A DNA stretch of 64,000 nt. It comes from Octopus sinensis. Its lineage: Eukaryota. The notes under the pieces were generated by a model that was not told the origin of the DNA, searched no databases, and worked only from the letters and a program-made list of their open reading frames with translations. Location: positions 185,256,001 to 185,320,000 of the forward strand of contig NC_042998.1 in NCBI RefSeq assembly GCF_006345805.1, read 5' to 3'. Of the stretch, positions 40,993 through 53,327 are shown in pieces; the stretch's first letter is position 1, and the number at the start of each line of letters is the position of its first letter. Both the position numbers and the translations under genes were made by a program.

Positions 40993-41039
40993 GATGATGA
41001 TGAGGATGATGATGGTGGTGGTGGTGGTGGTGGTGGTGG

Positions 41040-41094
<55 letters not shown>

Positions 41095-41157
41095 GGTGGT
41101 GGTAGTGGTGGTGGTGGTGGTGGTGGTGGTGGTGGTGATGATGATGATGATGATGAA

Positions 41158-41196
<39 letters not shown>

Positions 41197-41410
41197 GATG
41201 AAGATGAAGATGATGAAGATGATGGTGATGATGATGATGCTGATGGTGGTGGTGGTGGTGGTGATGATGATGATGAAGATGATGGTGATGATCGCCATCA
41301 TCAGCAGCCAGCAGCAATATCACCTTCGTCATCAGTTATCACCATCTTACCAGCATCACATCATCATCATCATCATGAACATAGTCAAACATTACTTTTA
41401 TCATCATCAT
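40952..41410. repeat. compound (GAT/GGT)n microsatellite followed by a (CAT)n tract
   Basis: Directly visible. Confidence 0.92.
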
Positions 41411-42881
41411 GAAAACGACAAAAAAGGGCGAAGGCGGCAAAAAAAGGGGTGACGAGGCGGTGGATAGGAGGAGATGAAGGAGAGTGGAATGGCAGCGGGG
41501 GAGGGAGGTAAACTCAACGAAACAAATAATATCGAAATATAAGGCTGAATTACAAATATTTGTTGTAAACAGTTGAGTTGTAAATAGAAACTTACATGAA
41601 AATGTGAGATTAAAAATCACTTTAAAAGAATATATAACAAATATGTATTGACAAAATGGTTTGTTTTGTACAAATTTTGTTACCGAACGAATTACTGCAT
41701 TTATTCAAGTACAATATGATCTCTGATATTATAACATCTCTTCCTATATTCTCATCATTTTCCTTTTTTTTTCTTCTTTTTGTCTTTTTTTTTTTTTTGC
41801 ACTTGTGTGTGCGTCCCACGCATGCGCGTGCAATTTCGATCCTGATATTTTTGTAACAAATTTCCAGCGTTATACACATATAGAAGTGAATTTTGATAAA
41901 TCGCCTAAGGTAGATTAAAATATTGACAGGCTGTGGATGTGCGGTGAGAAGTTTGCTTTCCAATCGCTGGGATCTGGGTTCAATCCCACTTCCTGACGCT
42001 TTGAGTAAGTGTCTTCTATTATAGCTCTGGGCCGACCGAAGCCTTTGCGAGTGTATTTGGTAAATGGGAACAAAAAGAAATCTGTCGTATGTGTGTGTGT
42101 GAGGAGACAGCAAGATTCTGCACTCCAAGCTACATCGAAATTCTCTGCGCTTTACCAATTTTAATTTTTGTTCATTTAAACTTTTATTCACTGCCACGCC
42201 AATAAAATGCATCAAATATTGTATCCTGCTATCGATTCAGTTCACCAAAATCCTCTACCTTATATAAAATTGATTTTAAATTTGAAAGGAAGGAGCATTA
42301 GAGAAGTACATATGTACACTCGAACAAAATGATTATCAAATATGCATCTTGCTAGTACAATCTGTTAGTAGAACTTCTCTTAAAACAATAGGTATATATT
42401 AATGTGTCCTCTACAAATTGTATCTTATTGTATTTTATTTTTTAAACAAGAATATATTTGTTAAGATATTTCGTATTTTACGAGATTATTAACGTATATT
42501 TATTAATTTATCTAATTAATTATTTTATTGTTGTTATCTTTAACCTGAAGAGTGACTATATTTATATTGAAATGATTTTACTACTACTACTATTATTATT
42601 TCTTAAATATAGCAACGAAACACGTTCGTTATTCTTCCAAATATATACGTTTTATTTAATATTTTGCACATTACATAATCATTGTTATATGTTTTATTTT
42701 ATATTTAATCTTTCTATAATATGTAATTTTTCTAAATGGTATAATTTAATTTTTCATTATTGAATTGATAAAAGATGTTTTTTTTCTAATTTATATATAA
42801 TATATATATTATATTTTGTGAAATTTGATTTAGTATTTCTAAATTGAATTTTTGTCTGTAAGTTTGGAATAATATTCCCTC

Positions 42882-42923
<42 letters not shown>

Positions 42924-44927
42924 ATATATATATTATATATACATATACGACGGGCTTCTTTCAGTTTCCATCTACAAAATCCACTCACAAGGCTTTGGTC
43001 GGCCCGAGGCTATAGTAGAAGACGCCCAAGGTACCACGCAGTGGGACTGAACCCGGAACCATATGGTAGGTAAGCAAGCTACTTACCACTCCTACATATA
43101 TATATACTGATTTTGTCCAATTTTTTCTGCCCTACGCACTTATAAACTATGGGAGAAGCCTTTTCGTTAAAAATTAATTTTTTGAAAATTTATGCATTTT
43201 TCAAGCCCCCTCCTCCTCTGTGACAACTTTGGCCATTTTTTGTGCACTACGCACTTTAAAACGATGGGAGAAGCCTTGAAAGTTTCAAAAATGAAAAATT
43301 TTTGGAAATGATAATCACCATCACATTCCCCACTTTCTTTATTTTCAAACAGAAAATGAAGCGTAATTTAAAAACAATAGTGAAATCTTTTTTTTTTTCC
43401 TTAACCCAGCCCCTCCATAAATCTTAAACTTTCGGCTTTTTTCCAAAATTGTTTTTTTTAATCATAGCTTTAAAATACGAATAGTCTGAATTTGCAATTT
43501 GTTTCTATTTATCATTTCAAAATAATTTTCAGGCAAAAAAATTATGTGATTTAAGGGAGATTTAGCTGTTGTTTGTAGCACATCCTACGACCATCTGCTA
43601 CCTTACTCGTTTCTTTGTCACTCTGATATGCATTGCTGTTTTTCGATATTTTTCTTCTCGTGAACACGTTTTCTGGAATGATGACGCGGTGACCCTTTGA
43701 TGCAATAACAGCAAAAAAAATTAAATTTAGATTTTTAATCCCCTACACCGCATCATGTGAGTCCGTGTGTGTGTGAGAGAGGAAAATCATATTTACTAAC
43801 TGAAGCGTATGCTATTAAAATAAATTATCATTTACATACGTTTTTAAATCACTATGGCGCCTTAATGGAATTCTTTACACACATGCTTGCACACACACAC
43901 ACACACACTGAAAAAGTCCCGCATACACTCAGCGTGAGCGATGTACTTTTATAAGGAATGAGAGAGAAAGTGTAGTAAAAATGTATAGAGGGATGAAACG
44001 TTTGTCATGAGAAAAGCGAAAAATGATTTACATGTTTATAGATTTACAGATTTTTACAGTTCCAGTGGTTGCTTGGATCTACAGACATCGAATCAACTTT
44101 CTCCTTTCTGGTTTTGAGAAGCCTAATTTCTCAAAATTGGTACTAAGCCAGTGTGTTACAGCTTCCAGTGCCACAATACACATACACACACATACATGCA
44201 TACTACATACACATACTCGCACGCACGCAAATTTTGAAGCGGTCAGACATTCGGCTTTAAGTTTGGGAATCTTTCTTCTGAGCGCTATGTCTTCTGTCCA
44301 ACGGCAAGCTGAGCAGAATATTAATTTGTCTTAATTTATTTTATTCGATTATCCTGACCTTTTGATTATGGTAGTAAAACTGACAACAAAATATGCAGTA
44401 ATTCATTGACAATGTAGAGCGTAACATTGGAGAAAGCTGAAATAAAAGCTCTATGTGTGAAAATACTCTAGCACCGTATTCTATACAAAAGCAGGTGAAT
44501 TATGTTAAAAAACATTGTTTACTGTTTTCAGTACAAACTGATGCTTTAAACACAGATGTAACAAAGTGTTTTCTTACAGTTCTGACTAACAGTCCTTTTG
44601 AGAACTAGGGGCAACATGTGTTTCTTGGCTTTTACTGTGATAATAATGAATCATCAAGGGAAATAAATTAAATATTATCTGAACTAGAAACATCAGGTCT
44701 GAATTTAAATATTCTTTTACTTGTTTCAGTCATTTGACCACGGCCATGCCGGAGCACTGCCTTTAGTCGAACAAATCGACCCCAGGACTTATTCTTTGTA
44801 AGCCTAGTACTAATTCTATCATTCTCTTTTGCCGAACCGCTAAGTGACGGGGACGTAAACACACCAACATCGGTTGTCAAGCGATGGTGTGGGACACAAA
44901 CACACAAATATACACATATATATACTA

Positions 44928-45075
44928 CTAGCGACCAGTGGTCCCGGTGCGCGCACACGCGCTGTCGCGCATCGGCGCTAGCTAGTCGTAAGTAGTCGAT
45001 CCTACGACTTGCGCCTATGCAAATGAATAGATTCGCGCATGCGCGATAAAAACGCAAAGTAGTACCTATATAATA
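44928..45075 (-). mobile_element. Helitron 3' terminus interrupting a family B SINE
   Basis: CTAG at 44928-44931 followed on the minus strand by T; GC hairpin CCGGTGCGCG...CGCGCATCGG at 44944-44975. The 5' end was not located. Confidence 0.55.
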
Positions 45076-46559
45076 CAATTTTACTTGTTGAGATACTTAA
45101 ATGCTGTGAAGTCCTAAAGGATTATTTTCAAAGGTAAGAGACGAAGGAGTTCCCCCGATGCGCTGTGGAAGTATTTGGAGAATGAAGAATATACTTGTAA
45201 ATCGTCAGAGATCTATTTCTTCTTCCTCAGTCACTTATGTTATTCTCAGACACTTTTGAAATACTAAAAGACTAGTCATTCAGTACAATTTAGGCATTTA
45301 AGCTAATGGCTGAGCTGAAAAGAAAATTTGATGAGGAGAGGAGAAACACTTCCATAACAATTTGTACCATACTTTTGTGAGGATTTTGTGAAACAGTCAC
45401 GGCCATGAATATGATGTGGTTGACTTATAATGAGGATTATGGAGTTATAGAATCACTTAACAGTACTTCTGAGATGGTAGATAGCTATAGTCAAGAAATC
45501 TATCGTAAATTATTCAATATTTCTAAGATCTCTTTTAGAAACCTGAAAAAGATGGGGCTTATTTCTTCTTGTTTCCATTATAGCAATGCTCGAGAGAAAT
45601 CATTAGCAGGTGGACCCAATCAAAACAGAACTCCAAATATGTAACAATTTCGCTGAAGAGTATCCAGCTACGAAGAAAAGGCTGTAGGCCAACACAAAAT
45701 CTAAGGGGATGGTACCCAAGGAACAGAAATATATTTGCAAATAAAAAGTGGTCACTGTGAAAAGAAAGTTCAGCTCAACCTTTGTATAACTAGGATATAT
45801 TTTACAAATTACAGAAAATGAATAATTGAATAGGGAAAGGGCTCTGGAGAAAAATCGCTGATTAATGATTAAATAGCTTGGATTTGATATATTTATATTT
45901 GCGAAAACAGTAACTTATTAGAATGTCGGTTTAATAAAACAACCAAAGATAAAATACTTATCTGTTGTCTTTACAATAGGTTAAAATTTTATTTAAAAAA
46001 GACATTTTTGATTTGCTATTCACATACATACAAGTATATATGCATGGGGTACGGTGCATATGTGTTTATTTGCATATATATATATAAATATATGTTTATG
46101 CTAAGTATTTGGATAAGTATATGTATATATTTTTACATCCTCTCTATTTGAGAGTTTCGTAGATAGTGATCGAAACCGGTTTGACTGATTTTGAGTTGGA
46201 TTTTTTAGGAATATTTTAAGTGAATTCAGAAATAAAAATAATGAATGACAGGTTAAAATTATGTAATTTATTTTTGACTTTATTGTTTTGTGTATGTATG
46301 TAGAACAGAATCTAATTATATACACATATCTAATGTACAAACAGCTGTGGACTTATAACACCTTTCTTCCACCCCTTTAATTTTTTCTGTCGTTTGTACT
46401 CTGTATAAGTTGAACCTATTAATATAAATATCTATATATTTAGACTTAAAGTAAAAATTTGACTTTATTTTGAAGCATAAGCGCGGATATTTGCATACGA
46501 TCGTACGAATTTGTTTCGTGGGGGTATGTATAAATATTTGTGACAATATTTCTTTGAAT

Positions 46560-46625
46560 ATTGTGCTGAGGATGAGACATAAGCTATTTTAATGCTTTAA
46601 TCTCGAAATTGGACCAATGCACAAT
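46560..46625 (+). ncRNA. type I hammerhead motif with G at the cleavage position (probably inactive)
   Basis: ATTGTG-CTGAGGA-T-GAGA...TCTC-GAAA-TTGG(A)CCAA-T-G-CACAAT. Confidence 0.55.
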
Positions 46626-46910
46626 TGACTGTGGAGTTTTATTTTGTATTTTTCATTTGCTCGTCTACAACCTGTATTTTTGCAAGAGCTAAAGGTGGTT
46701 TTATAACGTTTGGGGGCTTATTCAGACATACAGGAGCAGGGTTTTTTCCTGTCCCCTTGTATAATTATATGATTTACATATATAATTATTTTAGTATATA
46801 TTTATATTAAAATATTCATCATCCGAATGTATCCACCTTTTGCTTTCTCTCGTTTTGTATGTATACATATATACATATTTTGTATTTCATACCCAAATTA
46901 ATATATTTAA

Positions 46911-48157
46911 TACACTGGTGAAAATAATTTAAGACCGATGATAAAAGTTCTATTTCCTACAAAATATTTTCTTACTAACACCATACAAATTATTTTTATC
47001 TTTTACACATTATGCAGAATTTATTTCTCTTTCGAATGATGCAGACAATAACTGTTTTTATACAACTTGAAGAATTCTAATGCTAAATTAATATAAACGT
47101 TTCAAATTTACCGGCAAAATTAGTTTAAGACCGTATCATTATAATATTATTTAAAGCTTAAGATTGTAGCAAAAATGAGCAACAAGAACGAAATACATAT
47201 TAGTACTTTGTACCGTAGCCTTTATTCTTAATAACGGCTGAACAACGCCTCAGCATTGAATTCGTTAAGTGATTACAAAATTCTATGGGAATGTTTTGCC
47301 ATATTTCATTGATATAATCGAATAATTGTTTTAGATTAGATGGTTTTTTAGTATAGACTTTTTTTGGAAACATAATTCCATAAGTTCTCGATCGGATTCA
47401 GGTTCGGGCTCTGGGGAGACCCGATTACGTCAATATTATGGTGATCAAAAAGTTCCATATCCTTTTTGACTTTGTGCACAGGATTATTGTCCTGCTGATA
47501 AATAGCCCCCGGAGGCATCTGGTGAGTCAAATGTGGCACAACATTATCCTTTAGTAGATTCATATAACTTACACTACCTAGCTTTCCATCAACTTTAACT
47601 AGAGGACCAACACCAAAGGTACTAAATGCCGCACACACCATCACACCCCCATCCCCGCTTGCGCCGTCTTTTTCACGCATTTTGGATAGAATTCTTCGGT
47701 TGGTTGACGTCTGACGTATGTTTTACCATCTGATCCAAATATACGGAAGCGTGACTCGTCACTCCAAAGGGCCCTGCACCAATCTTCGGCAGTCGATTGA
47801 GTTGATTTCTTTCGGATGTAGTCCAAATTCTCTCAAACGGTTGTGGACGGTTTGTGGTGTCAAAATAACACCATTCTCGTTGGACATTTGTTTACAAATG
47901 TCAACGGTTGTCAGCATTCGGTTGCCTTCCGAAAGTCGGTGGATTCGACTGTCCAACTGCTCCGTCGTTTTTCTTGGGTCGCCAGTCCTTGGCCGATCAT
48001 TATTTTGACCAGTCTCCGAGTATAACTTCCACGCTTGCACGCAAGCCATTTTACTGCACTTTAGTTGCTTGCTGATGTTCGAAAAGGTAACTTTTTGCTG
48101 GTGGAGTAATATGATTTTTGCTCTCGTGACTGGACTGAGGCTACGTTGTTTTCCCAT
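46911..48157 (-). mobile_element. Tc1 (DD34E-type) transposon with a frameshifted transposase pseudogene
   Basis: ATG at 48157 (MGKQRSLS...paired-like HTH, RTGDPRKT), WSDESRF, YQQDNNPVH, SPNLNPIENLW, ending RRCSAVIKNKGYGTKY-TAA at 47200-47202. One TIR TA|CACTGGTG at 46911 with direct repeats at 46921-46937 and 47116-47133. Confidence 0.93.
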
Positions 48158-48239
48158 TATTAATCAATTGTATAATAATGTTAAATTATAACACTATATA
48201 GTGCAATTTCTTTCATGTAGATTTCTCTTATGTGGTATT

Positions 48240-48760
48240 GTTGAGCGCACCCACAGGCTTAATTTATCACTTAGATGTAGTTCCTATGTCTGCTGATTGT
48301 TCAGCGTGGTAGCGGCAGCGACAGCCGCAAAAGAGAGTATATCTGCTGAGAGCTTTTCGGTGCAATTCAAAAATCACATGCTCCCACATGCTTCTCCGTG
48401 ACAAGGTTAGGGCCTGGACTCTTCCAAACAGATGCGTGACATATCAGTTGAATTAGCCCTTCATTTACTCGACAAATGTTTTGTCGTCAATACTGCACAT
48501 CCCCGTCTTTTGTGGAAAGGAAAAATTAGAAACCTTTTCTGACCACATGTTTCAATATGTTCGCTCAATGGAATTTGGCGAAAATTAGTGTCCCGGATTT
48601 GTTGTCTGTGGACTCGTGAGCGTTCCGATAATGCATTCCCTGTCTCGCCAATGTATGATTTATCGTAATTAGGGCCTTTAATGCAGTAGATCAAATTTCT
48701 GCTTTTGCAGTTCATATCTGTATTTGCGAAAATCTGTCCATTTTACATTCTAATAGATTT
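48240..48760 (-). mobile_element. Penelope-like element 3' fragment (GIY-YIG endonuclease)
   Basis: ORF 48461-48715 MNCKSRNLIYCIK...SYIGETGNALSERSRVHRQQIRD. Confidence 0.88.
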
Positions 48761-49199
48761 ACCAGAGTGTGTGTGTGTGTTTTTGCATGTGTTTGTGTGT
48801 ACCTCTCTCGCCTTGTGTGTGTGTATGGGTTTTTTTGCAACTATGAACTGTGTCTGTATGTATGGATGTGTATTTCCATGTGTGGACATGTGTCTCCTTA
48901 TGTGTCTTTGTGTGAAGTGTGTGTGTATATATGGTCATGTGTTTCAGCCTTCATTTGTATGTGTGTGAGCGTGTGCTTGTCTGTTCAAATAACCTATGTA
49001 CCTATCCGTCTGCATGTCTATCTGTTTACATTCATATCCATACGCTTACATACATGTGCATATACATGTACACACACTCACACATACATACATCTATCTA
49101 CATAACAGCCCACTAACTATTCTACTCTACCTGTGGGTCTGGGGGCATAATATCTACTACGTATATTTCCTATTAAGTACTGGTGATGTTTCATTTATG

Positions 49200-49480
49200 G
49201 GGACGTACTCATGTATTTCTCTGAGTGTTGGGTCTTTGGGGTGCTTGGATAAAATGCAGATGTTGGTAGAGTATAGAGGACTGGTTTTTTTTTTGTCATC
49301 ATATTGTCTTAAATGTTCATTTAGTCATTCTGCAATGCTCCTAGACGTCTCTCCTATGTATGTCATGTTCATACAAGCACCTTTTATGCATCTTATAAGG
49401 CACTAAAAGAGAATGACTCTCTCCAGACACAACAAAATATGCTTCAACACACATAAACTCACATAAAGAATCTTGCAAAA
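49200..49480 (-). mobile_element. second degenerate GIY-YIG (Penelope-like) fragment
   Basis: Minus strand reads LIRCIKGACMNMTYIGETSRSIAE*LNEHLRQYDD at about 49295-49400. Confidence 0.65.
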
Positions 49481-49495
49481 CAAATCCAAACCGAA

Positions 49496-49920
49496 ATCAT
49501 CATCATCATCATCGTCGTTTAACTTCCGCTTTCCAGGCTAGCATGGGTTGAACGATTTTGACTGTGGGCTGGCGAACCAGATGGCTGCACCAGGCTCCAA
49601 TCTTGATCTGGCAGAGTTTCTACAGCTGGATGCCCTTCCTAACGCCAACCACACCGAGAGTGTAGTGTGTGCTTTTTACGTGCCACTGGCACAGGGGCCA
49701 GTCAGGCAGTACTGGCAATGACCTCGCTTGAATCTTTTTACACGTGCCACCGGCACAGGTGCCAGTGAAGCGAAGTTGGTAACGATCACGCTCGAATGGT
49801 GCCCTTTTATGTGCCACGGGTATGGAAGCCAGTTGGCTGCTCTGGCAACGATCATGCTCGGATGGTGCTCTTAGCACCCTTCTAGCACAGGCACAAGTGC
49901 CAGTAAGGCGATGCTGGTAA
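49496..49920 (-). mobile_element. SINE family D with internal subrepeats and (ATG)n tail
   Basis: GGCGTTAGGAAGGGCATCCAGC...GCTAGCATGGAAAGCGGACG core; copies at approximately 53962-54256(+), 58138-58290(+), 58927-59370(+). Confidence 0.8.
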
Positions 49921-50817
49921 ATTCAGGGAAATAAATATTTTACAGTTACATAGATTACTTAGTGCAATTCTTATAACTGAGACATGAAACATACTAATTT
50001 CGTAACTCTGAAGCCCAATGTAAATAATGCACTTGCACTGTATCTAGCTAGTCTAACTCATTTATTGTAATCAGACAGCTTATCTTGTCATCAAAAGATT
50101 AATAACTATAGGTGACAGAAACAAATTAAAGGTTAAATAACAATGTGGATTAAGTTCAGAACTACTAGACCATGGGTTCATATCTGACTAGAAAAATTTG
50201 TGTTTTTATGCAGTTAATTTAGTTCTACAGGATTCAGGTTCCCTAATTGAAAATTAGGTATAACATGTATTTCTAGACAATTAATTAGCTTACATCACTT
50301 AGCATCTTACCTAGGAAGAAGATTTCTTTTTCAGATTGATGTACCATCTCTATGAATTACGTAAATTAGTATTAAGTAAATTAAGCAAATTAGTAATTAA
50401 TAAATTAAACTACAAAGCAACCATCAACATATTCACAAAACAAACACAAACTGTTTATAAAATAATAGAATTGCTTTTATTTCTTTGATCAAAATTTCAA
50501 AAGTGTACGTAGCATTTGTATTAATACTGGCAACAGAAATGCAGTATTTTAGCTTAAATTTCAGCAAAAATTATATTGTTCCTTCAAAATCCTCAGAAAG
50601 GAAAGTAAGGTTATATAACATTCAAGCCATTCACAATGATATTAGTGACTTAAGTAGGTGTTAGTCTGCATCTATAAGACTTGAATTATTTTGTAAAGAT
50701 TAATTAAAAAAAAAAAAGTACAATGACTTTGCCATGGGGAGTGGGAAAATCCAAAGTTTTGGACAGAGTCTTTCTTAAGGGAAAAGTTGACAGGCAAAAT
50801 CTGTCAACTTTCTCTTG

Positions 50818-51014
50818 TTGTTGTTGTTAAGCAACAAGACGAGTAAGGGTGATGGCCAAGGGCTTAGGGGCAGGAGACCCCAGACCTTGGAAAAAAAAAA
50901 ACTTTAGTCATCTTGTTGTAGTCGAGGGCTCTTTGTTGACGCCCGACACCACTGGGAGGTGGCCCTCGAAGTCGCTGGAAATGGAGATCTCCAGGTCCAA
51001 ATTCTTGAACGGCC
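50818..51014 (-). mobile_element. ~197-bp retroposon with (CAA)n tail and HDV-ribozyme-like head, copy 1
   Basis: TSD CAACTTTCTCTTG at 50805-50817 and 51015-51027; homologous to 57666-57861 end to end. Confidence 0.85.
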
Positions 51015-51296
51015 CAACTTTCTCTTGAAGAACTCTTTCCTTGATGTCAGATTTTCCAATCCCCAGAGTATGTAGCGAAATAGCTACAACTGGGAGTTGA
51101 ACCAAAGTCATGAACTTAATTCTTCACCAGGAGCTTACTTACACAGAATGACAATAAAAATATAGCAATGTTTAAAAACATTTAAAAATCAAATACAAAA
51201 ATAATCCTTGTTTAAGTAAGAGACAAGTGCCAAGAAATTTCCAGAATAGAAGTTAATTTTTTTGTTTTAGAGAATAAAATATGTCAAATTATGAAA

Positions 51297-51302
51297 TTTA
51301 TT
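51297..51302 (-). promoter_or_regulatory. candidate poly(A) signal (AATAAA) of the DUF885 gene
   Basis: TTTATT on + about 140 nt after the stop; a more distal candidate lies at 50476-50481. The motif is common in AT-rich DNA. Confidence 0.35.
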
Positions 51303-51443
51303 TGATTGCTAAATGATTAGAAATTATTCTTTCTTTACTGGCGATGAGGGTCTTAATCAGAAGGATTATACAGGTGAATATAGTATTTCGGTATTATTTG
51401 ACAGGTTTCATTATTAGATATGTTCCTGTTTACCAATTAGGTT

Positions 51444-51556
51444 TTACTGTAGTGTTTCTTTAATGTAGTCGTCAACCAGTTCTTCAAGTATACACAAGGA
51501 AACACAGCCTGCTTTCAACACAACATCATGGAAGTCCCGAATATCAAATTTGCTAC
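51444..51556 (-). CDS. DUF885-family protein, terminal coding exon
   Basis: cAG acceptor at 51558-51557; 113 nt, reads (G)SKFDIRDFHDVVLKAGCVSLCILEELVDDYIKETLQ then TAA at 51446-51444; DUF885 C-terminal 'FDIRDFHDVVL..G...L..LEE.V..YI'. Confidence 0.95.
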
Positions 51557-52247
51557 CTGTAATAAAGAACATATCTTTTCTGAAAAAATACTGTTCAGTT
51601 AAATATGACACAAATGAATAATTATAGTATCAAATCTCAGTCATTATGACAAGGAATTCAATGCAATGGTAATTTTATTGTAACAAAGAACTAGAATTAG
51701 TAATCAAAATTTTATTTTTTTATTTTAGTTTCAGCTCATGAGGTGTGGCCATGCTGGGGCACTGCCATTAGGAAACATGAAGCTGCCGCACGCCCAGACC
51801 CGTGCGTGGAGCTCGGCGGCTGCTGCGACAGCCCATATGTGTCGGTCTCAGCCTAATATTTGCGCCGCGACCAATGCAGAAGGCCAACCGTATCATCGCG
51901 ACCGGAAGGGGGGTCGAGCACAGGTGCACTGCCCTGGACCAGCCAAGCAGGCGCTGGCGGCTGCCAAACGCTGCGACCTGCGATCGCGGCTTCTTTACTT
52001 TCACGTTCATTTTTCCATGTAGCATGGGTTGAACAAATATGTTACTAAGGGATTATTTTGCAGCTAGATGACTCATCTGTCACTAAGCTTTACCTGCTTT
52101 TCAAGTATTTCATTCCATCTTCAAAGATGCAAAGCCAGTGAACGACCAGTTAACCAGAAAATGACAGCAATGTCACCACCTGTAGCTGTATGAATTTCAG
52201 AGAAGCATGAATGTACACAGACACATGTGTACACATACATATGTGTG

Positions 52248-52470
52248 TACACGAGAGGGTGCTGAAAAGTTCCCGGCTTTGGGTAAAAGGAAATACAGGA
52301 CAATCAGTTAATTATGATTTTATTCAACATATTCCCCTCTCAGATTCACACACTTATTGCAGCATTCCTTCAGTGTTTCTAAGCCCTGTAAAAGAACTTG
52401 GACGGTTGGGCCTCCAACCAGGCCTTTCACAATACCCTTAAAGCCGGGTACTTTTCAGCACCCCGTCATA
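52248..52470. mobile_element. mariner-derived MITE
   Basis: TIRs GGGTGCTGAAAAGTTCCCGGCTTT and AAAGCCGGGTACTTTTCAGCACCC, with TA at the ends. Confidence 0.8.
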
Positions 52471-52954
52471 CAGAATTTCTGTCTACCAAATCCCCTCACA
52501 AGGTTTTGGTCAGCCCAGAGCACTTTCCCAAGATGCTTCATAGTAGCATTAAATTCAAGACTACATGGCTAAGAAACAAACTTTAGCCATAGCTATACCT
52601 ATAATATTTATCCTAATATGAGAAATTTTGACCTCTACATTCTGAGACAAAATTCCATAAGGTTGATATTACCTTTCATTGTAAAGCAGGGGGAAAAAAT
52701 AAATATTACAAAATATTGTTTGCAAATTTTGGCACAAGATCAGCAAGTTCGGGAGAGAAGGAAAGTCGATAACATTGACCCCAATGCTCAACTGGTACTT
52801 ATTTTCTGAACTCCGAAAGGATGAAAGGCAAAGTGAACCTCAGTGGAATTTGAACTCAGAACTTAAGGACAGACAAAATGTCACTAAGCATTTTGCCAGG
52901 CATGCTAACGATTCTGTTAACTCACCCCACTTAATATTACAAAAAAATTACAAT

Positions 52955-53327
52955 TACCGTACATCCTCAAATATAATCTACATTTTTTCCCCAAAATTTA
53001 AAGGTCAAAATATACGAGGTTAAAAATGAAAATTATTTACTAAGCAATGTCCGAGTCTCTATTTGCTGTCTGGCAAATATTTCTTTATTTTCTGCAAACA
53101 AAATGCACAAAAAAGCTACACGTTTGCATAATGTTATATATACCATAATAATAAAGGACGTTACCATATAATTTTTACAAACCAAGGACGTTATATAGAC
53201 CTCCTTGACTCAAGTTAGAGAAGGGGTGCGTATTATATACAAGGTTTAGGTTTTTCAGAGGTACAGCCCCCTATAAATCCCCTGTGAATTATACTCAAGG
53301 GCGGACTATACTCGAGGATTTACGGTA
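52955..53327. mobile_element. pogo/Tigger-like MITE
   Basis: TA|CCGTACATCCTCAAATATAATC ... GACTATACTCGAGGATTTACGG|TA. Confidence 0.75.

Noticed and set aside
45100-45900. Possible transposase relic (ORF 45405-45644, 'EDYGVIE')
   Set aside because: Only a short motif resemblance; it cannot be classified without a search.
50908-51111. Peptide PFKNLDLEISISSDF shared by ORFs at 50908-51111 and 57722-58012
   Set aside because: It is shared only because both ORFs cross the same short retroposon; the ORF starts lie outside the TSD-defined element.
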